Origin: Macrostomum lignano
Lineage: Eukaryota
DNA: 64,000 bases
Direction: 5' to 3'
NCBI GenBank assembly: GCA_002269645.1
Contig: NIVC01002413.1
Coordinates: 1-64,000 of the forward strand
Shown in pieces: positions 1 through 21,029 of the stretch. A program made the translations under genes and the position numbers. How positions within the stretch are numbered: the first letter of the stretch is position 1; each line of letters starts with the position of its first letter. The notes under the pieces are model-generated. The model searched no databases. It was not told the origin of the DNA and saw only the letters and a program-made list of their open reading frames with translations.

Positions 1-1
1 C

Positions 2-214
2 AAACAGACGAACTGGGACATCGAAGAGCAGGAACGCGAAATTCAACTCAAAGTGGACAGCATGATGGAACCGCCTGCTGCTGGTGATGACTGGCGAGCC
101 GCCGGACAAAGACCACATCAAGCAGGAGCTCCAGCGAAGCGCGAGAGCGGCGGCGACGCCAACGGTGGAGAGCGGCCCGGCGGCCGACAGCTGGTGTTGA
201 GCGGCGATGCCTAA
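2..214 (+). CDS. 3' terminal coding segment of an unidentified gene entering from upstream
   Basis: Open frame from base 2 to TAA at 212-214 (KQTNWDIEEQEREIQLKVDSMMEPPAAGDDW...LSGDA*). GC-rich codon-like sequence followed by AT-rich UTR-like sequence. Product not recognised. Confidence 0.55.
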   Translation, partial: KQTNWDIEEQEREIQLKVDSMMEPPAAGDDWRAAGQRPHQAGAPAKRESGGDANGGERPGGRQLVLSGDA

Positions 215-905
215 CTATTTAAGTGAAGTTTTTGCTGAACAATTCACAACCGAACCAAAACAAAAACATTTCAAATAACACTTAGAGGTCAGATTTCACC
301 TGTTTGGCAAAATACAATGCGGGGCCAACCCTAAGGCACATGTCTGAGGACATAGCGGAATGGGCAAGACTGTTTGAAAACTCGGGTCGACTTTTGATTT
401 TGGCAGCGCAACAAAGCCACTGAAATAACTTCAAATTAAGGTCAGGTCAAGGTCAGGTGATATTAGACCTTGGAATTTTTTTAAATGTGTTTTTCCTACA
501 CTCATATTCATATAAATCTGGTCAAAAATTGAACAAACAAAAATTACGCTCGTAGATTCCTCCTTGCAAATGTCACTTTACCTTTCTGGAATATTCTTTC
601 TGAACTGCAAATCTTTGTAAGCTGTTATTGAACATTAACATAATCTTAAAAACCAACTTAAGCGCCTAAAACTCTGTGTTTTTTTACTGAAAATGAAAAT
701 TTAATATTTTCTTATTACACTTTTCTCTCGTTGCTACTCAGCCTTAAAAATATTCTTATTGAAGGCGAATATGAGTCTATTTTTAATCTCATAAGAAATT
801 ATTCTCAAATAAAATATTTCGTTCTGCACACTGTGCTTCTGAAAGCTTCTCTGGCATCGACAAACATTGATGATTTGTTGCAATATTTCAGATTTTTTCT
901 TCACA

Positions 906-1160
<255 letters not shown>

Positions 1161-1163
1161 TGG

Positions 1164-1379
1164 TCCAGTGAAGTGTACAGGCTAACGATAAATAAAGTGA
1201 GGGCTGCTGAGCACTCCTGTGTGAGTGTGTGCCTGTGCGTATGACTGCGTACATATCCGCACGCTGTGTGCCTCGCTCAGGGGAGTCGGCGGAATGGCAG
1301 CAATGCTTTCGCCGGTTGTGTGACAATGCCGCTTAAAGTGCACCAGGGTGCGCACAGCCCCCCCTCCCCCTAATAAAAA
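1164..1379 (+). mobile_element. 5'-truncated copy of SINE family B
   Basis: Matches the reverse complement of about 22070-22280 (ccagtgaagtgtaca...ctcaggggagtcggcggaatg...cttaaagtgc..cagggtgc...aataaaaa). Lacks the tRNA head present in the 22 kb copy. Confidence 0.75.
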
Positions 1380-1989
1380 GCGTCACTTAGTGCAAACACA
1401 GATTACCCAGGAGAAGGTATAGATCGTAAAAAGGGGAAAGGGATGATGATATATGGCTGGGGCCCATAACCCCACAGGAGGCTAAGCTGTGTCCGCTGCA
1501 TTCCTTTTGTAAGTGCCATCAGACTAGCATAGCTACACAGGAAAATACCTGTGACGCTCATGACAAAGAAGAAGCGCTTTGATACACAATGCTGGTGCAA
1601 AATTTTTGCCTACGCTCTATTGGCATACACGAAAATGGAAAAAATATGAAAAATTACTGAGAGATGGAGTAGACGTAACTTAGAAGGTAGAGTGGAGAGA
1701 TTGAGAGGGTGAGTAAAGAGACTCATAGGTAGAGTGAAAGGCTGAAAGTTAGAACAGGAAGAGTAAAAGGTAAATGGGAGATTATCAGCAGGTTAATTCA
1801 GAGGATTGAAACATCGACTAAGCCTAGAAACTAAAGAGCTAGACTGAGAGCTCCAGTGGAGAGACAGATGCAAAATGTCCAACGAAAGAGAATGCAATCA
1901 AGGCTGTCTTGCAATAAAAACGCAAACAAACAGACAGACAGACCAATGTTATTCCGGCCATCAACTCTTAACTGATTAGACAGAAGTGA

Positions 1990-3167
1990 CAGCCGAACAG
2001 TTCAAGAAATGAGGACCGGAATGGGATTAAGAAAAAAAGCAATTTGCCCTTTCTCAGAGCCTCGGGCTTCATCCCGCTAAGAGCTGAAATCCTCAATTCA
2101 AGAAAATCCCCTATTCGATTCGACAAGTGGGACAGAGATGAACTCGAAGGGGTGAACTGGGTTGTAAAGTTTCCAAAGTTCAAGTGAGTGACGCAGGCGC
2201 CAAAGTGAGTGATACAGAGGGCGCCAAAGTGAGTGATACAAGCGCCAAAGTGAGTGATACAGAGGGCGCCAAAGTGAGTGATACAAGCGCCAAATTGAGT
2301 GATACAGAGGGCGCCAAAGTGAGTGATACAAGCGCCAAATTGAGTGATACAGAGGGCGCCAAAGTGAGTGATACAGAGGGCGCCAAAGTGAGTGATACAG
2401 AGGGCGCCAAAGTGAGTGATACAGAGGGCGCCAAAGTGAGTGATACAGAGGCGCCAAAGTGAGTGATACAAGCGCCAAATTGAGTGATACAGAGGGTGCC
2501 AAAGTGAGTGATACAGAGGGCGCCAAAGTGAGTGATACAGAGGGCGCCAAAGTGAGTGATACAGGCGCCAAAGTGAGTGATACAGAGGGCGCCAAAGTGA
2601 GTGATACAGAGGGCGCCAAAGTGAGTGATACAGGCGCCAAAGTGAGTGATACAGAGGGCGCCAAAGTGAGTGATACAGCATTTCCGCGCCAGACACTTGG
2701 CTCTAAAACTCCGTGATTGGTGGTGCACGACTGCAGCAAGAGGTCCAATAGTAAATGTGTCGCCTTTAGCAACAGAAAGAAGATAAATTATAAAATCTGC
2801 AGCAGTCTTCTTCAACCTCGACACGGGACTGAAAAGCAAAAAAACGTAGAATTTACAGTTTGGAAATTTGCTTGAGGAGAGAAGACAGCCGGAAAGCGAC
2901 GGAGTAAGCGAGATACTGCCGAGTCAAACCGAACTAAAAGTACACAAGCATGAGCAAGCGGCCCGTCACGTGACTCTCAAGCTCGCCCGGTCACGTCTAG
3001 TCCGTCAGCGCGAAGTCGTCACGGTGCCCGAAGACTCGCCGAAACGAACAGCCGATCAAAGAGAAGACAATGACGGCTTCTTCAAAGTAGAACTGAGTTC
3101 CGCCGATTTGAAAGTTGAAACGTTGATGAGGCAGCAACGGATGCTGCGGTTGATGCGACAGCGATAG
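1990..3167 (+). CDS. Candidate three-exon gene of unknown function (exons about 1990-2183, 2679-2750, 2859-3167)
   Basis: Open, protein-like frames (GFIPLRAEILNSRKSPIRFDKWDRDELEGVNWVVKFPKF / HFRARHLALKLRDWWCTTAARGPI / FGNLLEERRQPES...MRQR*) with GT-AG sites. The second junction is in phase; the first is off by one base. No family recognised. Confidence 0.3.
2184..2678. repeat. 24-bp minisatellite (GCGCCAAAGTGAGTGATACAGAGG)n with 21/22-bp variants
   Basis: About 21 tandem units seen directly. Confidence 0.95.
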
Positions 3168-3198
3168 ACAAAACTGTTGTGCTGTGGATTCACCTCAG

Positions 3199-12217
<9,019 letters not shown>

Positions 12218-13244
12218 TGCGCAAACAAACGACTGCTACTAGGCCAGTTTTACGAAAAATATCGTCGTTGTTTTTGTTGTTAAACGGGGGTGGGAAGCCG
12301 GGGCTACCCGCGGATCAGCCCTGGGAGGGGCTCTGCCGCTGAGGGGCACTTCCAGGGGCATAAAGCCCGAGATACCCCGAGGTTGGACCCTGACGTCTGG
12401 GCCAGGTGGAGCTACAAACCCAAGCCTTATGGACTAAGACACCGCCAACCCAATATTAGTGGAATCAGGGACGGTACAAGGACCGAGTCCACCCAGGCCA
12501 CCACCCAGCAGACAAATCCCGGGAGTGCTCGAAAAAAGAATCGGAATGAAAAATGTTTGGGTTACTACTGAAAGCGGTCCGAGAGCAGGGAATATCCTGA
12601 AGTCTACGGAAATGGCTTACAGTAATATTGGAGTGAGTCTGGAAGGCTTGTATCCGAGGGCGAGTCTCCTATCAAGAGGTAAAAGTAGACAAAAACCCTC
12701 CTATAGGGCTGCAAGCCACAAGGGCATCGCCAATCCAACTCAATATTGGGGGCCAGGCCAAGGGGGCGGAGAGGGGCACAAGGGGCAAGAGGAAACCGGA
12801 CTCAGCCGGTTTTCCCCGATTCGGGACGAACAACCAACCCAGGACTCCAATCCACTGTCAGAGATGAGAGCCAAGACACCGGGGAGAGGAGGGAGACAAC
12901 CAGAGGAGCCAGCAGATGGACCAAGGCAGGCAAGATGGACCGGGCAGGTAGGGCAGAGCTCATAACTCTAAGATAGGAATGGCAATCTAATGGCCGGGTA
13001 AACACAAAGGGATAAAAACACTGGGATGCCAGCCCAGATAAAAACACAAAGAAATGGCAGAAAGGAGGAGCACCTGAACCCTAACCTGGGGCCTGAACCC
13101 TAAAAATATCGTTAAATCATTTTTCAATGAATGCAATGAACTAAAAACAAAAAAAGCTATGATTTGCTACGCATGCTACTGCTAAGCGTTCGCTGCCGAA
13201 TGATCCTAAGTTATCTTAGGGTTATAAATCAATTGAGATTGAAT

Positions 13245-14325
13245 TGGTGTGGGATCACAAGGGGAGATGGGACCAGTGTGGGATCACAGCAGGAGATAGA
13301 ATCAGTGTAGGATCATAACAGGAGATGGGATCAGTGTGGGATCACAACAGGAGATGGGATCAGTGTGGGATCACAACAGGAGATGGGATCAGTGTGGGAT
13401 CATAACAGGAGATGGGATCAGTGTGGGATCATAACAGGAGATGGGATCAGTGTGGGATCATAACAAGATGGGATCAGTGTGGGATCACAACAGGAGATGG
13501 GATCAGTGTGGGATCACAACAAGATTGTATCAGTGTGGGATCACAACAGGAGATGGGATCAGTGTGGGATCACAACAGGAGATGGGATCAGTGTGGGATC
13601 ATAACAGGAGATGGGATCAGTGTGGGATCACAACAAGATTGTATCAGTGTGGGATCACAACAGGAGATGGGATCAGTGTGGGATCACAACAGGAGATGGG
13701 ATCAGTGTGGGATCATAACAGGAGATGGGATCAGTGTGGGATCATAACAGGAGATGGGATCAGTGTGGGATCATAACAGGAGATGGGATCAGTGTGGGAT
13801 CACAACAAGATTGGATCCGTGTGGGATCACAACAAGATGGGATCAGTGTGGGATCATAACAGGAGATGGGATCAGTGTGGGATCATAACAGGAGATGGGA
13901 CCCGTGTGGGATCATAACAGGAGATGGGATCAGTGTGGGATCACAAGGGGAGATGGGACCAGTGTGGGATCACAAGGGGAGAGGATCAGTGTGGGATCAC
14001 AAGGGGAGAGGATCAGTGTGGGATCACAAGGGGAGAGGATCAGTGTGGGATCACAAGGGGAGAGGATCAGTGTGGGATCACAAGGGGAGAGGATCAGTGT
14101 GGGATCACAAGGGGAGAGGATCAGTGTGGGATCACAAGGGGAGAGGATCAGTGTGGGATCACAAGGGGAGAGGATCAGTGTGGGATCACAAGGGGAGAGG
14201 ATCAGTGTGGGATCACAAGGGGAGAGGATCAGTGTGGGATCACAAGGGGAGAGGATCAGTGTGGGATCACAAGGGGAGAGGATCAGTGTGGGATCACAAG
14301 GGGAGAGGATCAGTGTGGGATCATA
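13245..14325. repeat. 29-bp minisatellite (GGGATCAGTGTGGGATCACAACAGGAGAT)n switching to a homogeneous 27-bp variant after about 13960
   Basis: Seen directly. Confidence 0.95.
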
Positions 14326-15141
14326 TTATCACTCTATTTTGTTACAAATTTTACGGCTCGTAAATTTTCAATGAAACAAATTGTTGTACAAAATACAAAC
14401 TATTTTCCTGAATTCTACTTTGGTCAGTAGTATAATTAAGATTTTTTAAAGAATTTTTAAATTACCGTAAATTTTGTGTGAAATCAAAACAGAATTCGAT
14501 CATTTGTATCGTAAAAATTGCCATAAATTATCAAGTTAGCTTCAAGCGTTATTTTGCGCACAAATGTTCCGCAAATCAATGTGTACTTTTATTGCTGAAC
14601 ATTTCCTAGAACTTATAAGCTGATGGGTCCAGTCAAAGGTTTATACTTCGAAGTATGCAGTTCTTCAGAGGTTGCTGGTACAGGCCAAGAGGCCCCAATT
14701 CACCTGAAATTTATGGCTGTCATAAAATCTGATTACCTTAACCTAGTACAACCGAGGCCAACAGGTACGTTGGGTAACGAGCGCAGGGAAGTCATAGAAG
14801 CAGATTAGTCAAAGTGATTCGATTCCAAAAAATATGAATCATTTCTGCCGCGACTGCAGATAAGAAAAGATTTACTTGCCCCAGTAGTGTGCCCGGATCG
14901 AGTTCTTGTCCGGGAACTTTCGGGGTTAGGGTTAATAACCCTTTTGTGTGGCATAAAACTATAAAATAGATCATATGGGAGACTCCGGCCACTTCAGCTG
15001 GTACTAGAAAAATTGTGATTTTTATGACGATAACAATGTTTAGCATTTTTTAAATAAACCGAATAAATACCTGAGTGGATTTTGTAGGGCATCTAGCTCT
15101 GTAAGCTTATTTAATCGATTCATAGGAATTCTTGGGCAAAA

Positions 15142-15440
15142 GGGGGTTGTAGCCCAGTGGTCAGAGCATCGGACTCACGACTTGAAGGCCGGGAGTTCGA
15201 TTCTTAATCCACTCGGAACAATTTTTGTCCCTAAGCAAGACACTTAACTCTGCATTGCTTCAGTTCACCCAGCTGTAAAATGGGTGCCAGCATTAGCTGG
15301 TGTAATTGAGGCTGTGTGTGGCGACCCCCCCGTCCTTGGACTGAACAGCCGTACGCAGTCTTCAGATGCGCCGCGCAATAGCTGCGGCTGAGCGCGGTGT
15401 GGTTGCACATCTGGCCTTTAGGGCAGGTGTGATAAAGAAT
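15142..15440 (+). mobile_element. tRNA-derived SINE family A with CORE-like central domain
   Basis: A box (TAGCCCAGTGG), B box (AGTTCGATTC), then ctaagcaagacacttaactct...cagttcacccagctgtaaaatggg, resembling the MIR/CORE motif. Second copy at 47661. Confidence 0.8.
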
Positions 15441-15589
15441 TGAGAGGTGAGATTTTTAAAGTTGAGATTCTCATACGTTAGACTCCTAATGATGAGACTT
15501 AGAGGAGTAAGATTCTCGGTGAGATTCTCAGGGTGAAATTCTCAGGTGTGAGATTCTCAGGGTAAGATTCTCAGGGGTGAGATTCTAGC

Positions 15590-16085
15590 TGATGGGTGAG
15601 ATTCTCAAGGACCGGATATTCTAATGGGTGAGATTCTCAAGGACCGGATATTCTAGTAGGTGAGATTCTCAAGGACCGGGTATTCTAATGGGTGAGATTC
15701 TCAAGGACCGGATATTCTAATGGGTGAGATTCTCAAGGACCGGGTATTCTAATGGGTCAGATTCTCAAGGACCGGGTATTCTAATGGGTCAGATTCTCAA
15801 GGACCGGGTATTCTAATGGGTCAGATTCTCAAGGACCGGGTATTCTAATGGGTCAGATTCTCAAGGACCGGGTATTCTAATGGGTCAGATTCTCAAGGAC
15901 CGGGTATTCTAATGGGTGAGATTCTCAAGGACCGGGTATTCTAATGGGTCAGATTCTCAAGGACCGGGTATTCTAATGGGTCAGATTCTCAAGGACCGGG
16001 TATTCTAATGGGTCAGATTCTCAAGGACCGGGTATTCTAATGGGTCAGATTCTCAAGGACAGGATATTCTAATGGGTGAAATTTT
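15590..16085. repeat. 32-bp minisatellite (GAGATTCTCAAGGACCGGGTATTCTAATGGGT)n
   Basis: About 15 tandem units. Confidence 0.95.
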
Positions 16086-16484
16086 CAGGTGTGTGATTGT
16101 CAAAAGGACGAGATTTCTACCATAAGAGTTTTCAATTAGTAAATATTTTAAGGACAAATATAAAAAAATCTGAAGGCTGCAATAGCCTCAGTGTGCTCAG
16201 CGCAGTGCTCAAATCCCCATATCAAACAATAGAACTCCTAACAGATTAAAGAGCTCATTAGGTGTCCAATAAATTATTAACTCAAGAACCCACGCAGCCG
16301 TGAAGGTGTTCCACTGAGAGCTTCAATTGTCGCCTCTCCACAAAAAATCCTAAGCCTGCGTTAGCAACCGCGGGTTGCTATGGGGAAAATTTAGAGTTTG
16401 GAAAATTAACAATTTAAACACTGGCTATGAAGAACTGCTTGATGGTAAACTCAAGGTTGCCGAGAGTTGTCTGCTGGGTTCAAC

Positions 16485-17164
16485 ATGCAAGCGTTGGAAT
16501 TCGCAGATCGGCTGTTAATCCTGCTATTGATCCGCGGCAGTTGCTACCCAGTTGCATCTGCTCAAACAGCCAGTGAGCAGCCGGCAGTTATTAATGCCAC
16601 ATCACAGTCTCCAAGCAACGACAATGCAACTGCGACAGCTGAAATCGGTTCAACAACTCACGCCTCGAACTGGTCAACCGACGCCACCGAATCTGCTTCA
16701 GTGACAGCGGCTACCAGCACTGCAAATTCGGCAACAACTGCAGGCGGTGCTGCAGACAGCGGCGTCCCAGCAGCCGATGATGATCGAATCCTGGGATGCC
16801 GATCCCCGTGTTCGCCACCGTGGTCAGCTTCTTCGGCACTCCGCTGGTCTTCATCCTGCTTTGCGGCGGTGTCGCCGCCTGCAAGTCGCTGTCGTGTCGT
16901 CGAAGCGCCGACCAGCGTGGCGGCAAAGTGGCGCCGAGCGCCGACAGTCTGGAGGCTTCGTCGGATTCCTTCGGCGGTCAGCACGAGCTGCGCGAGTTTC
17001 CAGTTGCCCCACCCGGAGGCAAGTCTTGGCAGCAGAAGGATGTGAAGGAGGAGGAGGCTGAGCCGCCGCCGATGAAGGCTCCAAGGAAGCTGGACGAGCA
17101 AACGCCACAGCAGCAGAAGTTGCGAAACCCGTACCTTGAGCAGTTGGGCCAGATGCTCAAGTAA
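16485..17164 (+). CDS. Single-pass type I membrane protein with signal peptide and Ser/Thr/Ala-rich ectodomain; one-base frameshift at 16793-16795
   Basis: ATG 16485, hydrophobic leader (RLLILLLIRG...ASA), mucin-like stretch with NAT sequons. The TM helix (VFATVVSFFGTPLVFILLCGGVAAC) and tail (...RNPYLEQLGQMLK*) lie in another frame; adding one G to the GGG run fuses DRILG-MPIPV. Confidence 0.6.
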
Positions 17165-17319
17165 AAAATGCCTGTTTAAACTGAGCTTCAGTCAAGCAAC
17201 TGAATTTTTACTTGTTGCTAATCCGCTTTTTAAAAAGAGCAATTGCGTTCTGCAATGTTTTTGATGACGGTTTTTTGACGGAAACACAAAATTACTGTGA
17301 ATTTTAGCGATTATCCTTC

Positions 17320-18060
17320 CTGAAAATTGTGTTTATCTTTCCTGAAGAGTGTGACTATTCATCCTGAAGAGTGTGATTATCCTTCCTGAAGAGTGTGACT
17401 ATCCTTCCTGAAGAGTGTGACTATTCATCCTGAAGAGTGTGATTATCCTTCCTGAAGAGTGTGACTATCCTTCCTGAAGAGTGTGACTATCCTTCCTGAA
17501 GAGTGTGATTATGCTTCCTGAAGAGTGTGACTATTCATCCTGAAGAGTGTGATTATGCTTCCTGAAGAGTGTGACTATTCATCCTGAAGAGTGTGATTAT
17601 GCTTCCTGAAGAGTGTGACTATTCATCCTGAAGAGTGTGATTATGCTTCCTGAAGAGTGTGACTATTCATCCTGAAGAGTGTGATTATGCTTCCTGAAGA
17701 GTGTGACTATTCATCCTGAAGAGTGTGATTATGCTTCCTGAAGAGTGTGACTATTCATCCTGAAGAGTGTGATTATCCTTCCTGAAGAGTGTGACTATTC
17801 ATCCTGAAGAGTGTGACTATGCTTCCTGAAGAGTGTGATTATCCATCCTGAAGAGTGTGACTATCCTTCCTGAAGAGTGTGATTATCCTTCCTGAAGAGT
17901 GTGACTATCCTTCCTGAAGAGTGTGACTATGCTTCCTGAAGAGTGTGATTATCCATCCTGAAGAGTGTGACTATCCTTCCTGAAGAGTGTGATTATCCTT
18001 CCTGAAGAGTGTGATTATCCTTCCTGAAGAGTGTGATTATCCTTCCTGAAGAGTGTGATG
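17320..18060. repeat. 22-bp minisatellite (CCTGAAGAGTGTGACTATCCTT)n with alternating 44-bp dimer in the middle
   Basis: Seen directly. Confidence 0.95.
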
Positions 18061-18551
18061 ATCATACCCTGATGAAAATGGTCATTAATGATTTAAAAAT
18101 GAAAGTGACTTTATTTCCTGAAAAAGTGCAGATCTTTTCAAAATAGTTTTACTGTCTGGAAAGGAGTACCTTTGCTCCCAAAGATTTTTGTTTAAGTTGA
18201 ATGTCAATCTGAAAGTAACTAAATTCTTGTTAACTAAATTTAGACTATAATTTTGCTCTCAAACTAATTTTGTTCTCTTAATTGTTTATTACTTTAACAC
18301 CTGAATAACTAGCTCGTATAGCTGTTACCTGCATGTAAAATTTTCAATTCTAAAATATTTCTAGTTACATAAATAACTCTTTTATATATTACTACTATTT
18401 CCATATAAGTACTTTTGCTTCGAGCCTAACGAAAACAATGATAAAGAGATACTATCTTTTATACTATATAACCGATTTCATCTCTGGATCCAGGCTTATT
18501 CCAAGTAGCACTCCATACTCGGCCTTAGGTACAGAATCTATAAACCATGCA

Positions 18552-18765
18552 GTTGCCTAGCAACCGTGATATTTACCTTAGATACGATTCTAAAAGCTAT
18601 TCAGTTGCATAGCAACCGTGATATTTACCCTAGATACCTAATTTTTAAACTACGCAGTTGCATAGCAACCGTGATATTTACCCCTAATTTTTAAGCTACG
18701 CTGTTGCATAGCAACCGTGATATTTACCATAGATACCGGATCTAAATTTCTGGTTGCATAACAAC
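18552..18765. promoter_or_regulatory. Five spaced X-box-like (RFX) palindromes within a degenerate repeat of about 50 bp
   Basis: GTTGCCTAGCAAC at 18552, GTTGCATAGCAAC at 18604, 18657 and 18703, GTTGCATAACAAC at 18753. Function not shown. Confidence 0.35.
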
Positions 18766-19439
18766 GCTATACATAAGCTACATTTAATAGTACAGAATTA
18801 GAATTCAACAATTGGATCGTACGCGTTCTTAGAAAATCTCGTCTACATTTTTACCGACGCAACAAGATGAAGCGGTGTGCCCTACATTACAAGAGGCTGG
18901 ACAGACGCAACTTGAACTTTAGCCTAGCAACTATGGGCTGCAATCCATTGAACAGGCAGTCAGTACATTTTCCTTAGTACAGTAAGCTGAAAAGATAAAT
19001 TACCCTGAGGAATCAGTTGTGACAGCTGCGCGTGTGCGTGCAGTGCCCGCTGTTTCTGCACCAATAAATTCCGAACCGCGCATCTCCAAGGGCCCGAGAC
19101 ACCGATTTACAACTGTCGGAGCCTCGATAATGTAATAAGCAGAGAAGATTCTTTTGCAAAGTAAAACTTTGTTGGCGGAACGGAAAAGGCTTTAGTATAA
19201 AAGTCAAAGGTTGACCTTTCCGTTCGAGGAGCTTCTAAGATGGCGCGGTATAACAAAGGATCCCATAAATCTGATGCTTTTCTGGGTCGAACAAAATTTA
19301 CAATGGCAAAAAAAGCAGCGGTAAGCCGAGGTAGCGATTTACCAACTAAAAGAGAGAATGCTTAGCTAATGCTACTATAGAAAATGCAACAGGGAATGAC
19401 TGGATGAGGAGTTGCAAGCATATTTGAACCTAAGAGAAC

Positions 19440-19834
19440 TTCTAAGCTTTTATGGAGGTAAAAGTAAAGGAGAGAACGTAAAAGAGAGAGAAGATGAGAA
19501 AAGAGAAGGAAGAGGGGTAAAAGGAGATTGGGAGCGGAGAGGGGACATAGGAGAGAGAAGAGAGGAGAAAGAAGAGAGAGAGAGAAGATGGAGGAAAAAC
19601 GAGAGAGGAGAGAAAAGAGAAGAGAGTGGAGAGAGAGAGGAGAGAAGAGAGGAGAGAGATGAGAGGAAAGAGAGAGAGGGGGGAGAGGAGAGAGGAGAGA
19701 GAGGAGAGAGAGAGAGAGGAGAGAGAGGAGAGAGAGAGAGGAGAGAAAAGAGAAGAGAGTGGAGAGAGAGAGAGGAGAGAAGAGAGGAGAGAGATGAGAG
19801 GAAAGAGAGAGAGGGGGGAGAGGAGAGAGGAGAG

Positions 19835-19919
<85 letters not shown>

Positions 19920-20205
19920 GAGAGAGAGGAGAGGAGAGAGAAGAGGAGAGGGGAAAGGAGAGGAGAGAGAGGAGAGAGAGGAGAAAAAAGAGAAGAGAGT
20001 GGAGAGAGAGAGGAGAGAGAGGAGAGAGGAGAGAGAGAGGAGAGGTGAGAGAGAGCGAGGAGAGAGGAGAGAGAGAGAGGAGAGAGAGGAGAGGAGAGAG
20101 AAGAGGAGAGGGGAAAGGAGAGGAGAGAGAGGAGAGGGGAGGAGAGGAGAGAGGAGAGAGAAAAGAGAGATGAGAGGAGAGGAGAGAGGAGAGAGAAAAG
20201 AGAAG
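19440..20205. repeat. GA-rich low-complexity tract
   Basis: (GA)n and GAGAG variants. Confidence 0.9.
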
Positions 20206-21029
20206 TCAGTAGGCATCAAAATTCGGCCGGAAAGCCCCAAGAGAAGCGGAAGCAGATGAGATAAGACAAAAGCAGCCGTCACTCATCTAAACAAAGCAGT
20301 CTGACAATGGTCATGGTGCATGGTGAGTGCCTGGCGCAAGGCACAAGCAACACTTAGATGATGTTTGCAGAACAAACCGCTTCAACCGCTGGCCGCTTGA
20401 CAATGCAAAAGTAAGGCTAAGCTGAGGATTAAACAAAACGCTCGCAGGGGATCATCTGTCAGACAGCGGTGGGACGCATAGACACCCGCCACCAGCGAGA
20501 CTAAATTCGCAAAGGACAAACACTGGCGGCGAACTTTAAAGAAAACGTGAAACACTTCTTAGAAAGCGTGGCAGCCCGAGCAGGCAGCGTATCTTATGGG
20601 CAATCATCGATCATAGCATGGATTTCCCGTTGGAAGCAGATTCCCTGTCTCTCCCCCATCTCTCTCTCTTTGGTCTTTTTTCTGGAAGGTTGAAGCAAAA
20701 AGTTGCTCCGTTAAGAAGCGAAACAGAAAGCGGACACTTTGATTAATGGGAGTGCGGCAGCCGACTTGCACAGTGTATGGTATACAATATACCGACGAAA
20801 CAAAGGTTACGGAGCGCGCGTACACGCTTTTGATTGCCCCCAGCGGGCGTTGCGAATAGGGCCGCGTTGCACGTGTCTTATGGGGTTTTACGATTAGTTT
20901 CGTGTATTTCAGGTATGTACGAGCGTAAGTGCAGTGCAGGTAAGTTCAAGTTCGTTTTTCTAAATAGGGGTCGATTCCAGGTTGTTTCTAGCAATCTTAT
21001 CCCAGCATGTTGAGGAAGAAGCGATGGAA

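Noticed and set aside
330-900. Possible Helentron-like non-autonomous element (AAGGTCAGGTCAAGGTCA motif, adjacent GTCT microsatellite)
   Set aside because: No termini or second copy identifiable in the window.
14620-15050. Exon-like minus-strand segments with AG/GT ends
   Set aside because: Stops in all plausible spliced frames and no recognisable product.
15142-15215. tRNA genes here, at 47661 and at 22432
   Set aside because: No complete cloverleaf acceptor stem; heads continue into shared SINE bodies.
18550-18765. CRISPR-like repeat-spacer pattern
   Set aside because: Spacers resemble one another (tagatac, ctaattttt), the context is eukaryotic and there are no cas genes.
20300-20410. 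Two tiny plus-strand exon-like segments (MVMVH|EQTASTAGRLTMQ)
   Set aside because: No in-frame continuation found; cannot be supported.
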